A stretch of DNA of 64,000 nt. It comes from Phoronis australis. Lineage: Eukaryota > Animalia > Phoronida. Location: positions 277,723-341,722 of the forward strand of contig NMRA01000473.1 in assembly GCA_002633005.1 (NCBI GenBank), written 5' to 3'. Within the stretch, counting starts at the first letter, position 1. The number at the start of each line of letters is the position of its first letter. Made by a program: the position numbers and the translations under genes. Positions 13,301-25,300 of this stretch are shown here, piece by piece. The notes under the pieces were generated by a model. That model was not told the DNA's origin. It worked only from the letters and a program-made list of their open reading frames with translations, and made no database searches.

Positions 13301-16300
13301 ACATATAGGGCCGGCAGAGCGACGTAGATAATAATTCTAATATAAGATACTCTTCTCAATTTAAATTAGAGTACATATTTGAATATTACTTGTTATCAAA
13401 TTTGCCTAGAAAATTCACACATTTTATGTAATTTCGTTGAGTGAATCATGATTTAGCTGTCAAAACTGGCAGGCAAAATTCTGTAACTTATTCTGAACAT
13501 GTGTGTCTTTTCTGTTCAAATAACATCGAAGATGAAAATCATGTTTTACTTGTATACCCAGTATTCCATCATTTAAGGGTTAGATTTATGCAGGAAATAT
13601 ATTGGAGCAGTCCTAGTGTCAACTAAATTATTAGTTTAATGAAAAACCCTGACACAAAGGTGTTACTGGTTTCATTTACCATTCATTTTGTAAGAGATCA
13701 TCATTACATAAAGAAATGTCTGTGTCTCTCTAGTAATATAACTTTAATTGGTGTAATTGTACTTTGGGCCCATGGCTATGAATACTTGTAATAAACACTA
13801 TATAAATAGCAACAAGTCAAATCAAGGTAAACCCTTTAAATACAAATACTTACCCCATTAGCTATAAAACTGCAGAAATGAGGCACAAGAGGAGATAGCT
13901 TATGATTTGTTCTCAGGTCATTAAGTACAATCTGAAATAATTTAATTAACAGAATGGACAAAACATATGTTGGAAGGTAAGGTACACGCCGAATATATTC
14001 AAAGTCATCCAGAACTCCCTGTTGTAATGGCTGTCAGAAGCTGAATACATTCAAAGTCATCCAGAACTCCCTGTTATAATGGCTGTCACAAGCTGAACAC
14101 ATTCAAAGTCATCCAGAACTCCCTGTTATAATGGCTGTCACAAGCTGAATACATTCAAAGTCATCCAGAACTCCCTGTTATAATGGCTGTCACAAGCTGA
14201 ATACATTCAAAGTCATCCAGAACTCCCTGTTATAATGGCTGTCACAAGCTGAATACATTCAAAGTCATCCAGAACTCCCTGTTATAATGGCTGTCACAAG
14301 CTGAATACATTCAAAGTCATCCAGAACTCCCTGTTATAATGGCTGTCACAAGCTGAATACATTCAAAGTCATCCAGAACTCCCTGTTATAATGGCTGTCA
14401 CAAGCTGAATACATTCAAAGTCATCCAGAACTCCCTGTTATAATGGCTGTCACAAGCTGAATACATTCAAAGTCATCCAGAACTCCCTGTTATAATGGCT
14501 GTCACAAGCTGAATACATTCAAAGTCATCCAGAACTCCCTGTTATAATGGCTGTCACAAGCTGAATACATTCAAAGTCATCCAGAACTCCCTGTTATAAT
14601 GGCTGTCAGAAGCTGAATACATTCAAAGTCATCCAGAACTCCCTGTTATAATGGCTGTCACAAGCTGAATACATTCAAAGTCATCCAGAACTCCCTGTTA
14701 TAATGGCTGTCACAAGCTGAATACATTCAAAGTCATCCAGAACTCCCTGTTATAATGGCTGTCAGAAGCTGAATACATTCAAAGTCATCCAGAACTCCCT
14801 GTCATAATGGCTGTCAGAAGCTGAATACATTCAAAGTCATCCAGAACTCCCTGTCATAATGGCTGTCAGAAGCTGAATACATTCAAAGTCATCCAGAACT
14901 CCCTGTCATAATGGCTGTCAGAAGCTGAATACATTCAAAGTCATCCAGAACTCCCTGTTATAATGGCTGTCAGAAGCTGAATTCATCGTCAGAGTAGTCT
15001 CCCCTGATGGCTGAGAATGAAGGGGAATTAACAGGAAAGTTGGTATGAAGGTGAACACTTCATTTTGTAGTTAGAATGTTGCTACCATAATAGTTAGTGG
15101 CAACCATTTACAGGATTAACCGTCATGATGGTAAAGTGTACTATGACTACTTTTGCCATATGGTGTATCAAATGTATACATGCACTTTTGTCTGATTACT
15201 TTTGTCATGTACTTAGTCTGATTACTTTTGTCGTAGCGTATCAAATGCATACATGTACTTTGTCAGATTACTTTTGTCATATAGTGTATCAAACGCATAA
15301 ATGTACTTTGATTACTTTTGTAATATAGTGTATCAAATGTATACATGTATTTTGTCTGATTACTTTTGTCATATAGTGTATCAAATGCAAACTGTAACCC
15401 ATAAGTGTTAACAAGAGCAAGACAAAGCACAGAATGTGCCGTGACTATGCCCAGGGGTGTTTACCAGTTTCATGCAATACAATTAGGAGTACTTTACCAA
15501 TTCGACCATGATCATATCGAAGTCAAAAATCAGGTGCTGGCACATCAAAGCCAAACACCTGTCTCTGTCATGGTTTATCAAACATTTGTCAAGCCATTTT
15601 GTCATTCTTGTGGAAAATTACAGTTGGTGAATATAGGCTCCTCTCGATGTCAAATCTATCTAAAAATCAATTGGGAAGGCAATGAATGCATGTCCAAAAC
15701 AGGTGGACAAGCGTGATCTTGCTGAAATTAAAATGGCCAACTACTTCGGTGTCCCTGTACCACCACCACATATCTCTGCGTCAACCTTCATCAAAACCTG
15801 TTATGCTATTTTGGCAATAACCAACAGCCAAGTATTATTTTGTTAAATATTGCAATGGCAAACAGGAAGCTGGATCAGTCAAACCCAATCGAAAACTATC
15901 TGGTGCCCTGGACTACCAGGTAGAACCTGCAGTTCCTCCAAATTCTGGCACATCACCACAACAGTAATTGGCAAAGAAAATACAGCCAAAAATGAACATG
16001 GCCAACAGGCGGTGGAATGATAATCAAATCTCTGTGAAAATCTAATGGTTATGGTGCATTCCTGCCAGGTTTCAGAACATTCAATGAGCCACATCGACAA
16101 TGATTGATGCACAAAAATGGTCAAATAGATGGCGTCGAATATCCTGAGAAATCAACATGTACCAGTGCATAAGTGACACAGATCTTTGCATCAAGTTTCA
16201 TCACATTAATTGACAGACAAGGAAAGCCTTGTTGAAAACTGGAGCAGTAGCTTTTAGTGGGAGGTGTGGTAGTCCATACAATCTGCAAATCAAATGGTGC

Positions 16301-19300
16301 CTCTGCATCTCCCATAAACCTCTATATCAAATTTCAGCAAAATCTGTTGAACCAGTTCCACAATAATCAATGAACAACAAATGTCTTTTCAAAAAATGAA
16401 ACAGCCAATAGGAGGTGCTAAAGTAATCGGATCAGTCCAAAAATCAACTGGTGCCGGCATAACCCTGAAAAATACCTCTGAATCAAATTTCAACAAAATT
16501 TGATGGACCGTTTTGACATTAATCAATGCAGAATGAATAGCTGGTCAAAAACTAAAACGGCCAACAGGGTGTGCTGTGCTAGTCAAACCTGTCTGGAAAT
16601 CAACTGGTGCGGGCACATCTTTACGTAATATACCTCTGTGTCAAGTTTCAACAAAATTCACCAACATGTAATCAGGAGACAAGGAAAATTGATGATGGAA
16701 AATTGATGATGGACGTGACGTCGACTATGTGGGACAACATATTTTGTGGGCTCGTAAAAAACAGACACATCTATCACACAGAAAAATGGGATATCTTCAT
16801 ATGCAAAAAAACAGCTGGTATTTAATAATGCAATTCTGCAATATTTCAGCATTTTCATTTAAGTCTAAACTACATGAAGCAGTGCAATCACATCAATACC
16901 TTAGTTAGTTCCTCGTCGTTTCCCAGCAATGCCTGTGTTATGTTGTCGTAGTAACTTGCCAATTCGTCAGCAACAACCCCAGGTTTGCTCTCAGATATTT
17001 TGCCTACAACACAAACGAGGAATATTAGTTGGAAGCAAATGGAACACAAATATCAGCTTTTAAATGAATCGAGCACCTCAACAAGACCAACACGAAGCAT
17101 TAAAATGCACCCACAATTGAACAACAAATGGTATGCGTCTCGAGGTGTATATTTATTTTAGTATCATAAAAATGGCCACTAGTTGACACTGAATATGAAC
17201 ATTCTGTCCCAAAATGGAAAGGTGTTGTCTCAATGACAGAGACCTATTTACCCAATATCAAGAAAAAACATCAAAAACTTTGAAAACACACAATCAGACA
17301 AATGTAACAAGAGCAACGCGGAGTGTTGAAATGCGCCCACAAATTCACCGCAAAAGGTGTGCTTCTAGGGGTGTTTATTTGGAACATAACAATGACCACT
17401 AGGTGGTGCAAAATACGTCAAATCCATCCGAAAACTGGTGTGTGTCATCAAAGCTATTTACCAAATTTCATAAAAATCTATCAAGGAAGTTCTGAGAAAC
17501 CGAGGAAAATGAAGAAAATGAAATTGCCACTACCAGGCTATAGGCGCAAAAAACAGGACTTCCCCTAAAACATGCCACAGTAGATGAAGTCATTAGAAAG
17601 TCATTGTCAGCCGTCCTCTTCACATTAGGAACATACCGTAATCGTTCGGGTTAACGCCCTGGGCGGTTAAATTGGCGAATCCAAAAAATCGGGGGAGGGC
17701 GGTTAACCGAGCAGTGGGCGGTTAAATCGAAAATCCACCTAAAGTAGGGGATGGGCGGTTAACTGAACATGGGCGCTTATTACGACAGACAACCGCCCTG
17801 GGCGGTTAATCTTACCTGGCGATCTAAATCCCGACACGACAATCATACTCGGAACGCGTAGCCCTTTTCAAAGAGCTTTATNNNNNNNNNNNNNNNNNNN
17901 NNNNNNNNNNNNNNNNNNNNNNNNNNNNNNNNNNNNNNNNNNNNNNNNNNNNNNNNNNNNNNNNNNNNNNNNNNNNNNNNNNNNNNNNNNNNNNNNNNNN
18001 NNNNNNNNNNNNNNNNNNNNNNNNNNNNNNNNNNNNNNNNNNNNNNNNNNNNNNNNNNNNNNNNNNNNNNNNNNNNNNNNNNNNNNNNNNNNNNNNNNNN
18101 NNNNNNNNNNNNNNNNNNNNNNNNNNNNNNNNNNNNNNNNNNNNNNNNNNNNNNNNNNNNNNNNNNNNNNNNNNNNNNNNNNNNNNNNNNNNNNNNNNNN
18201 NNNNNNNNNNNNNNNNNNNNNNNNNNNNNNNNNNNNNNNNNNNNNNNNNNNNNNNNNNNNNNNNNNNNNNNNNNNNNNNNNNNNNNNNNNNNNNNNNNNN
18301 NNNNNNNNNNNNNNNNTTAATAGAATTTGGAGGGTTGGCAAAACCATTGTCACATTTCTCTGGCCTGATTTTTTCGAATATATGTTTTATCTAGTGCACT
18401 GCAGACGGAAACTCAGCGCGGCAGACAAAGTCGCAGAAAGCGGAGGTTTTGACGCCGGCGGCGTTCTTAAACTTTGCAAACAAGGGAAGAAAATAAAGTG
18501 ACAAAAAGGTTCAAGTATTATATTTTGAAGTGAGTTCATGACCCAAGACAATAACTCGTTACCTGTATTGTAATTCAGATTGCTAAACCACCGTCTCGGA
18601 GTCCCGGCGTCGTTGCACTCATTGTGATCATCGATCTTTTTCTAAAAGTCGGGGAATCGCGCGTTTCCTTAGCACTAGGCGCTAAATCTTCATTCTTTAA
18701 AAGTCGGGGATGGGCGCTTAACCGAGAGGTGGGCGCTTAACTGGAAATCTTCAAAAATCGCAGGGGGGCGCTTAACCGAGCAATGGGCGGTTAAATCGAA
18801 AATCCACTTAAAGTCGGGGGTGGGCGGTTAACTGAGCATGGGCGTTAACCCGAACGATTACGGTACATGCCAATTTCCACAATCATCCTTAGAGTGGTTT
18901 GGTTGACAGAGGGGCAAACGCCAAATAACAAGACTCAAAAACTTTTAAAATGGCCACCAGGTGGCGCAAAATGTCACGAATCAAACCGAAATCCGGAGGA
19001 TTGTGTCAACTCACTAATAGATACCTATCTGCCAAATTTTATGAGAATCCATTGAGGACCTTTGAAGATTAAGAGGTAAATCAAAAAACTAAAATTGCCA
19101 CTAGGAGGCACACTGGTAGTCGGATCCATCCGAAAGTTGTCGTTTATTGTCAAGTTCATATAAATACACTTGCTAAATTTAATACAGCTCCTGCTGAAGG
19201 TTTAGGAGATACAGCCATGGGTGCAAAAAAATGCCACTAGGAGGCGCCACAGTTATTGAGGTCGCCTCCTCTTCACATTAGGAACATGCATGCCAATTTC

Positions 19301-22300
19301 CACAATCATCCATAGAGTGGTTTGGTTGGCAGAGGGGCAGATGACTCGAAAACAGTAAAAATGGCCACTAGGTGGTGCAAAGTTGCTCGAATAAGTCCGA
19401 AAACAAGAGGATGGCATTACCTCACTGATAGATGCCTAAATGCCAAATTTTATGAAAATACGTTAAGGACCTCCCAAGATACAGAAGCAAGCATAAAAAA
19501 AATAAAATAGCCACTAGGGGGCACACCGGTAGTCGGAGAGGTTCGAAATTCATAGTCGTCTGTCGTCAGCTTCATAGGAACACATCTGCCATATCTCATA
19601 AAGATTCTGGGAGGGGTTTAGAAGATACATCTGAGACGCCGGAAGCCCAAACAGAGATGATGGCAATATGAGACCACACATAAATATGTGAACGCATAAA
19701 AACCTATAATTGTTACTAGGGCGCAGAGCGGTTGTTGGATCAGTCTTATACTTGACATCATTTGACATGTGCTTCATAGCAACCCAACTGTCAGAGATCC
19801 TCCAAAGGGTTAATGAGATACAGCCATGGACGCAAAAACAAATTGCCACTAGGGGGACTACGGTAGTTTAACCCATCCAAAATAAACATCAGCCATGACT
19901 TTGTAATCAGAAACACATCAGCCAATTTTCATGATGATCCATTGAGTGGTTTTGCAAATACAGAGGCTCGAAAATGTGTAAGGAGAACTTATGCCATCAA
20001 CCTGGTAAAAAAAATAAAAAGTGAGATTTAGTCCTGGCAAATTTAAACATCTCTATGGATTCCTCTCAACGTATACAATCAATTGCCAGAAATAAACACC
20101 ATCAACAGCCAAGTTAGTCAACAGACTTTCAATGTCAAATAGGGTCATGGCCCAGTTGGTGAGTATTTGACCTTTAACCTTACAGACAAAAGAGAAAGTT
20201 TCAAGTAGTAAAAGTTCAATAATGCTAGGACCTCACTAAAAAAGCAAGCTCTCATGAGCTTGCACATTGTATTTTCAATGAGAGCAAGTGATTTTGGCTA
20301 GATTGTTCTCACTGTGAGACAGCTATTGAACTTTACCATACTGTGTAATCTTCATTAACATGGCCATTGAGTAGTTTCACTTAGAGGTATTTGGTAAGAC
20401 TACAATGGGTCTAAACAAAGGACTCGACTTATCTGCACACTTGTGCATTTAAGGTAGAACATAAAATTGACCAAACTGTGAACATAGAAGACCATATCTA
20501 TAAGTATCAACTCAATCTTGCGTTATTACCAGTGTAACTGTCCTTCTCTGTCTCACAAAAGATTGCCACCAGTTTGGTGAATTACCATTGATATCTTACA
20601 ATCACGGGCACCGCAACACTGAAATAAGTGGGGACTATAGCCTTTCAGCTCCTCAAAGGCAGTGCGCCAACCATGTCATGTATCGGCAGTGCAAAACTGA
20701 AATAAGCGAGGAGCCAAAGCCGGCCCCAGTCCCCTAAGGTGTGCCGCTCATGACTATGAAGCTACATATGGGTCACTCTCACAGTGTTCTGGCCTTGTTT
20801 GATGACCTCTTACTGTGATGCTGTATATATGTCACTTTCACACTGTTCTGGCCTTGATTGATGACCTCTTACTATGATGCTGTACATATGTCACTTTCAC
20901 ACTGTTCTGGCCTTGTTTGATGACCTCTTACTATGATGCTGTGTATAACCCACACTCACACTGTTCTGGCCTTGTAACGTGGCCTCGTTTTGTTTCTGAG
21001 CATGATAGACACATCAAAACAAATCAAGATTTAAATCGTAGATGTAAAAAGTCACTTAGAGATGTGGTTGGTTGTTAGCAGACGTTTCAATGAATGAGGC
21101 ATTTCCCGCCTTTCGCTGGAGTATACGGGGAGGTAAGTGGAGTCCTCTGTCCTGGTTCAGGAGGGGAGTTGATGTTTATGGCCTCTTTGAGCTTACGAGT
21201 ATGCCAATTTTGTTCCTTGGCTAGGATCCTGGATGATGCAAGAGAGATGGTGAACAGACTGCTTTGGCGTCGGCATCCAGACCCCCAACCATCTGGCTCA
21301 GATATGTGGACGGCACTTTTGTCATGCTCCCGCAAAATGACATCTCCACCTTCACTGATCACATTCAACAGTATTGACAACTGTGTTCAATTCACCATGG
21401 AGACAGAAATCAACATAACCTTACCGTTCTTGGATCTATGCATACATGTGGTCGATAATGGCTCCATCAAAATCAAGATCTACAGGAAACCGACAAATAC
21501 GGACCAATACCTCCAGTTTTCTTCCAACCACCCCTTAAAGAAAGAAACATTCTGTCGCCTGTACCCTCCTGGATAGAGTTGATCGTTACATCACTGACTA
21601 CTGTGAGTGTTGTGTACTTAGTCACACAATAACAGGATGTTTGTATGTTGTTATTGTTTATGAGTTTAGTAGTTTAATTGGTATTACGTCATGCGATTCC
21701 TGGTATAGGAAGTGTGTCATAGGTAACGCATCATATGTTGTTATGTAGTTGTGTGTATATATATTGTTATGATATGTAGAATAAATCAGTTCAGTGTTCA
21801 GTTCAATTCTGTTCGTTTCACTGCGTAGTTCATGGAGTGTCTACTTTATTTGACAAAGTAAGATACACAACAGTGGCGACGAGATGACTGCGAGCTCACA
21901 AAGTTACCTGCCCCCGTTTTCCAGTGAATATGATGGTAGCGAGGAGTGGGAATGCTACTTGGAAAGGTTTGAACTGTTTCTACAAGCGAATGGGGAAACA
22001 GATTTCACGAAGAAGCAAGTGGCAGCAATGTTCTTGCATTCCATTGGCAAGAAACATTATGGAATTGTACGGGATCTGGTCAGCCCAGCCAAACCCAACC
22101 AGAAGACATACGGAGAGTTAAAGGAGACTCTGACGAAACACTTGGCAGGACCACGACTGACAATTGCGGAACGGAGAAAGTTTATCAAACGAGACCAAAA
22201 TAGAGGTGAGTCGATTACGGACTATGTAGTCGCGCTCAAACACCTCAGTCTTACCTGCAAGTTTGGTGATAAACTGGACGAGCAATTGAGGGACAGACTT

Positions 22301-25300
22301 ATTAGCGGAATTGCTAATGAGCAGACTTCGCTAAAGTTGCTTGAGAAGTCAAGGGAAAAGGAACTGACGTTTAACGAAACTGTCGAGTTCGCCTTAGCCA
22401 GAGAAAATACTTTCATGGAAAACAAAACCATGAAAGGTGANNNNNNNNNNNNNNNNNNNNNNNNNNNNNNNNNNNNNNNNNNNNNNNNNNNNNNNNNNNN
22501 NNNNNNNNNNNNNNNNNNNNNNNNNNNNNNNNNNNNNNNNNNNNNNNNNNNNNNNNNNNNNNNNNNNNNNNNNNNNNNNNNNNNNNNNNNNNNNNNNNNN
22601 NNNNNNNNNNNNNNNNNNNNNNNNNNNNNNNNNNNNNNNNNNNNNNNNNNNNNNNNNNNNNNNNNNNNNNNNNNNNNNNNNNNNNNNNNNNNNNNNNNNN
22701 NNNNNNNNNNNNNNNNNNNNNNNNNNNNNNNNNNNNNNNNNNNNNNNNNNNNNNNNNNNNNNNNNNNNTTGGGCCACGTTATTGACAAAACTGGAGTTCA
22801 TAAATCTAAGAAAAAGGTCGATTTGATTATGAACATGCCATTACCAAAAGATGTGTCTGGTCTAAGAAGTTATTTGGGTCTTCTAAATTACTACAGACGC
22901 TACATAAGAGATATGTCCACAGTCATTGCGCCTTTGACTGCAATGTTGCAGAAATCCACTAAGTTTGAGTGGACAGCCAAAGCTAAAAAAAGTTTTTCAA
23001 AAGTCAAAAAACGCATTGAAAGAATCTGGATTCCTGGTTCATTTTAACTCAGAATTACCAGTAACCGTGGCAACAGATGCATCTGCTGAAGGTGTAGGTG
23101 CGGTATTGTCGCACATTGTTGATGGTGAAGAAAGACCTATTCAATTTGCTTCATGTAGTCTGAGTAAAACAGAGAGGACATACCCTCAAATTGAAAGAGA
23201 AGCATTGGCGATAATCTTTGCTATGAAACGGTTCTATCCGTATTTGTATGGTCGGAAATTTACACTGATTACTGACAACAAACCACTTGTTGCAATTTTT
23301 GGTCCAAAAACCGACTTACCTATTTTAGCAGCAGAAAGAATGCAAAGATGGGCAATGTATTTGTCTGGATTCAACTACGATATCAAATTTCGTAATAGCA
23401 AATCCAACGCCAACGCGGACTGTTTATCTAGATTACCAGCTGAAGAATGTCAACAAGCTGAAAATGAATATGAACCATCTTATGCTCAGGTATTCCATGT
23501 TGATATTTTGCGTGTGGAAAATAACCTTACAAAACGGGAAACGCGGAATGATCCTGTTTTATCAAGAGTAATGCGGTATACCATTGATGGTTGGCCAAAG
23601 AAATTGTCAGAAAATGATGAAGTATTGAAGCCTTTTTTCTACAGGAGAAATGAGCTTACAATAGAAAATGGATGTTTATTTTGGGGATTAAGAGTAATAA
23701 TACCGCCAAAATGTAGAAATAAGGTGTTAAATGAATTGCATTTCGGACATGTTGGGGTTGTGAAAATGAAAGCTGTTGCTCGTTCATATGTATGGTGGCC
23801 AAACTTGGACAAATCCATAGAGCAAACTGCAAGAAATTGCGAGTCTTGTCAACTCATCCGAAACAATCCATGTAGAATAAATCAGTTCAGTGTTCAGTTC
23901 AATTCTGTTCGTTTCACTGCGTAGTTCATGGAGTGTCTACTTTATTTGACAAAGTAAGATACACAACAGTGACTACGTAGAAGAGATGGACCACGTTGAA
24001 GATGCGTTGCGAGCTAATGGATACCAGGAATGGATGTTTACTGACCCCCCAAGTCATAAATCTACTGAAAAACTCGATGCTCCCTCCGTTACCATCGCAT
24101 ACATAAGAGGAATATCTGAACGCCTACAACACAACTGCAGAACCCATGGAATTTCCTCTTACATGAAACCTATCAACACCCTCCGTTCCCTACTAGTCAG
24201 ACCCAAAGACCCAACCCCGATGACTAAACAATGTGGGGTCATACACCAGCTGAAATGTGACCAGGATCCCAACGACACCTACATTGGAGAAACCAAGAGA
24301 CCATTCCTTACCAGATTCAAAGAACATCTGAAACTAGACAAACCAACAGCTGTGGGGGAACATATTTTGGCGACTGGGCACACCATCTCTCTTGCGTGAT
24401 CCAGGATCCTAGCCAAGGAACAAAATTGGCATACTCGTAAGCACAAAGAGGCCATAAACATCAACAGTCAGCGCCCCCTCTTAAACTGGGACAGAGGACT
24501 CCACTTACCCCTGTGTACTCCAGCATTCTTAACGAGCGAAAGGCGGGAAATCCCTCATTCATCGACAAAGACCTGGCAGACCAGGTCGAAACGTCTGATA
24601 ACAATCAACCACGTCTCTAAGTAAGTGACTTTTTACATCTACAATGCCTCTAGAGACCAATGACGAACCTATTCTACAAGATTTAAATCATCTTTTTATT
24701 TTTTTAACTTTATAACTTACTTGTTTTCAGTGAGATTATTTCAAAGTGTGCTTGTGGTGAGACAACTATATTCTATAAAGCGATTCCAAGAGACTCAAGA
24801 CTCACCTGAAGTGTTGGACAGGACATTGTGCTGTACACCTTCTAGCACCAACCAACTGGCTGAAAAAGCAAAGTTTAAAGTGGAACTTGCACGCTTATTG
24901 TTTATCTCTGTGACTGATTGGTCATACTGTTTATCTCTGTGACTGCTTGGTCAAATTAGTTACAAAAACAACCTATAGCAATGATGTGAATATGAAGTAG
25001 GTTGAAAATGGCCGAATGTTTTTAAGAACAAGTTTTGCGTTGCAAATGATCCGCCCTAAATCGCTCAACCATGTCTAGTAAGTATTATGACGTGATGCTG
25101 GAGAAGAACACAACATGATGCAAGCAATGTGAGCCCCCAACGTACGTTATTGGTGCAAAGGTCACATATTTGAAGAATTTTTTGGTTTCAGATTAACAAG
25201 ATGTCAATAAATACAACTGCAATTTGTTTAGCGTAGACGATGTTTAAATAGCATTGTCGTTTAGTTCCCACAATGCATTAGCATACTTAGGAGCATGCAA

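Larger units (their letters stand above)
10990..13795 (+). mobile_element. Decayed non-LTR retrotransposon (RTE-X-like), interrupted
   Basis: RT motifs NYRGIS, FSKPFD, GTRQGCMISPVLF, LLYAD and YKYL; C-terminal C..C..EDE.H zinc-knuckle remnant at 13441-13626; many stops and frameshifts. Confidence 0.8.
17090..19980 (-). mobile_element. Cluster of DINE/HINE-like repeat copies with modules rich in CCACTAGRKGGC
   Basis: AACAAGA starts at about 17090 and 17306; 17306-17412 is the reverse complement of 56740-56843. Confidence 0.6.
21038..24676 (+). mobile_element. 5'-truncated Penelope-like retroelement (RT + GIY-YIG) with an inverted pseudo-LTR
   Basis: WLRYVD(G), FTMETE..LPFLD..IYRKPTNTDQYL..SNHP; GIY-YIG GVIHQLKC..YIGETKRP..TRFKEH. 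21038-21252 is the reverse complement of 24381-24642. 13-bp TSD caagatttaaatc at 21025-37 and 24677-89. Confidence 0.92.

Noticed and set aside
13991-14983. CRISPR-like regular array
   Set aside because: The units are contiguous with no unique spacers, it lies in a eukaryotic intron, and there are no cas genes.
17868-18353. ORFs spanning N runs (also 22222-22826)
   Set aside because: They are artefacts of assembly gaps.
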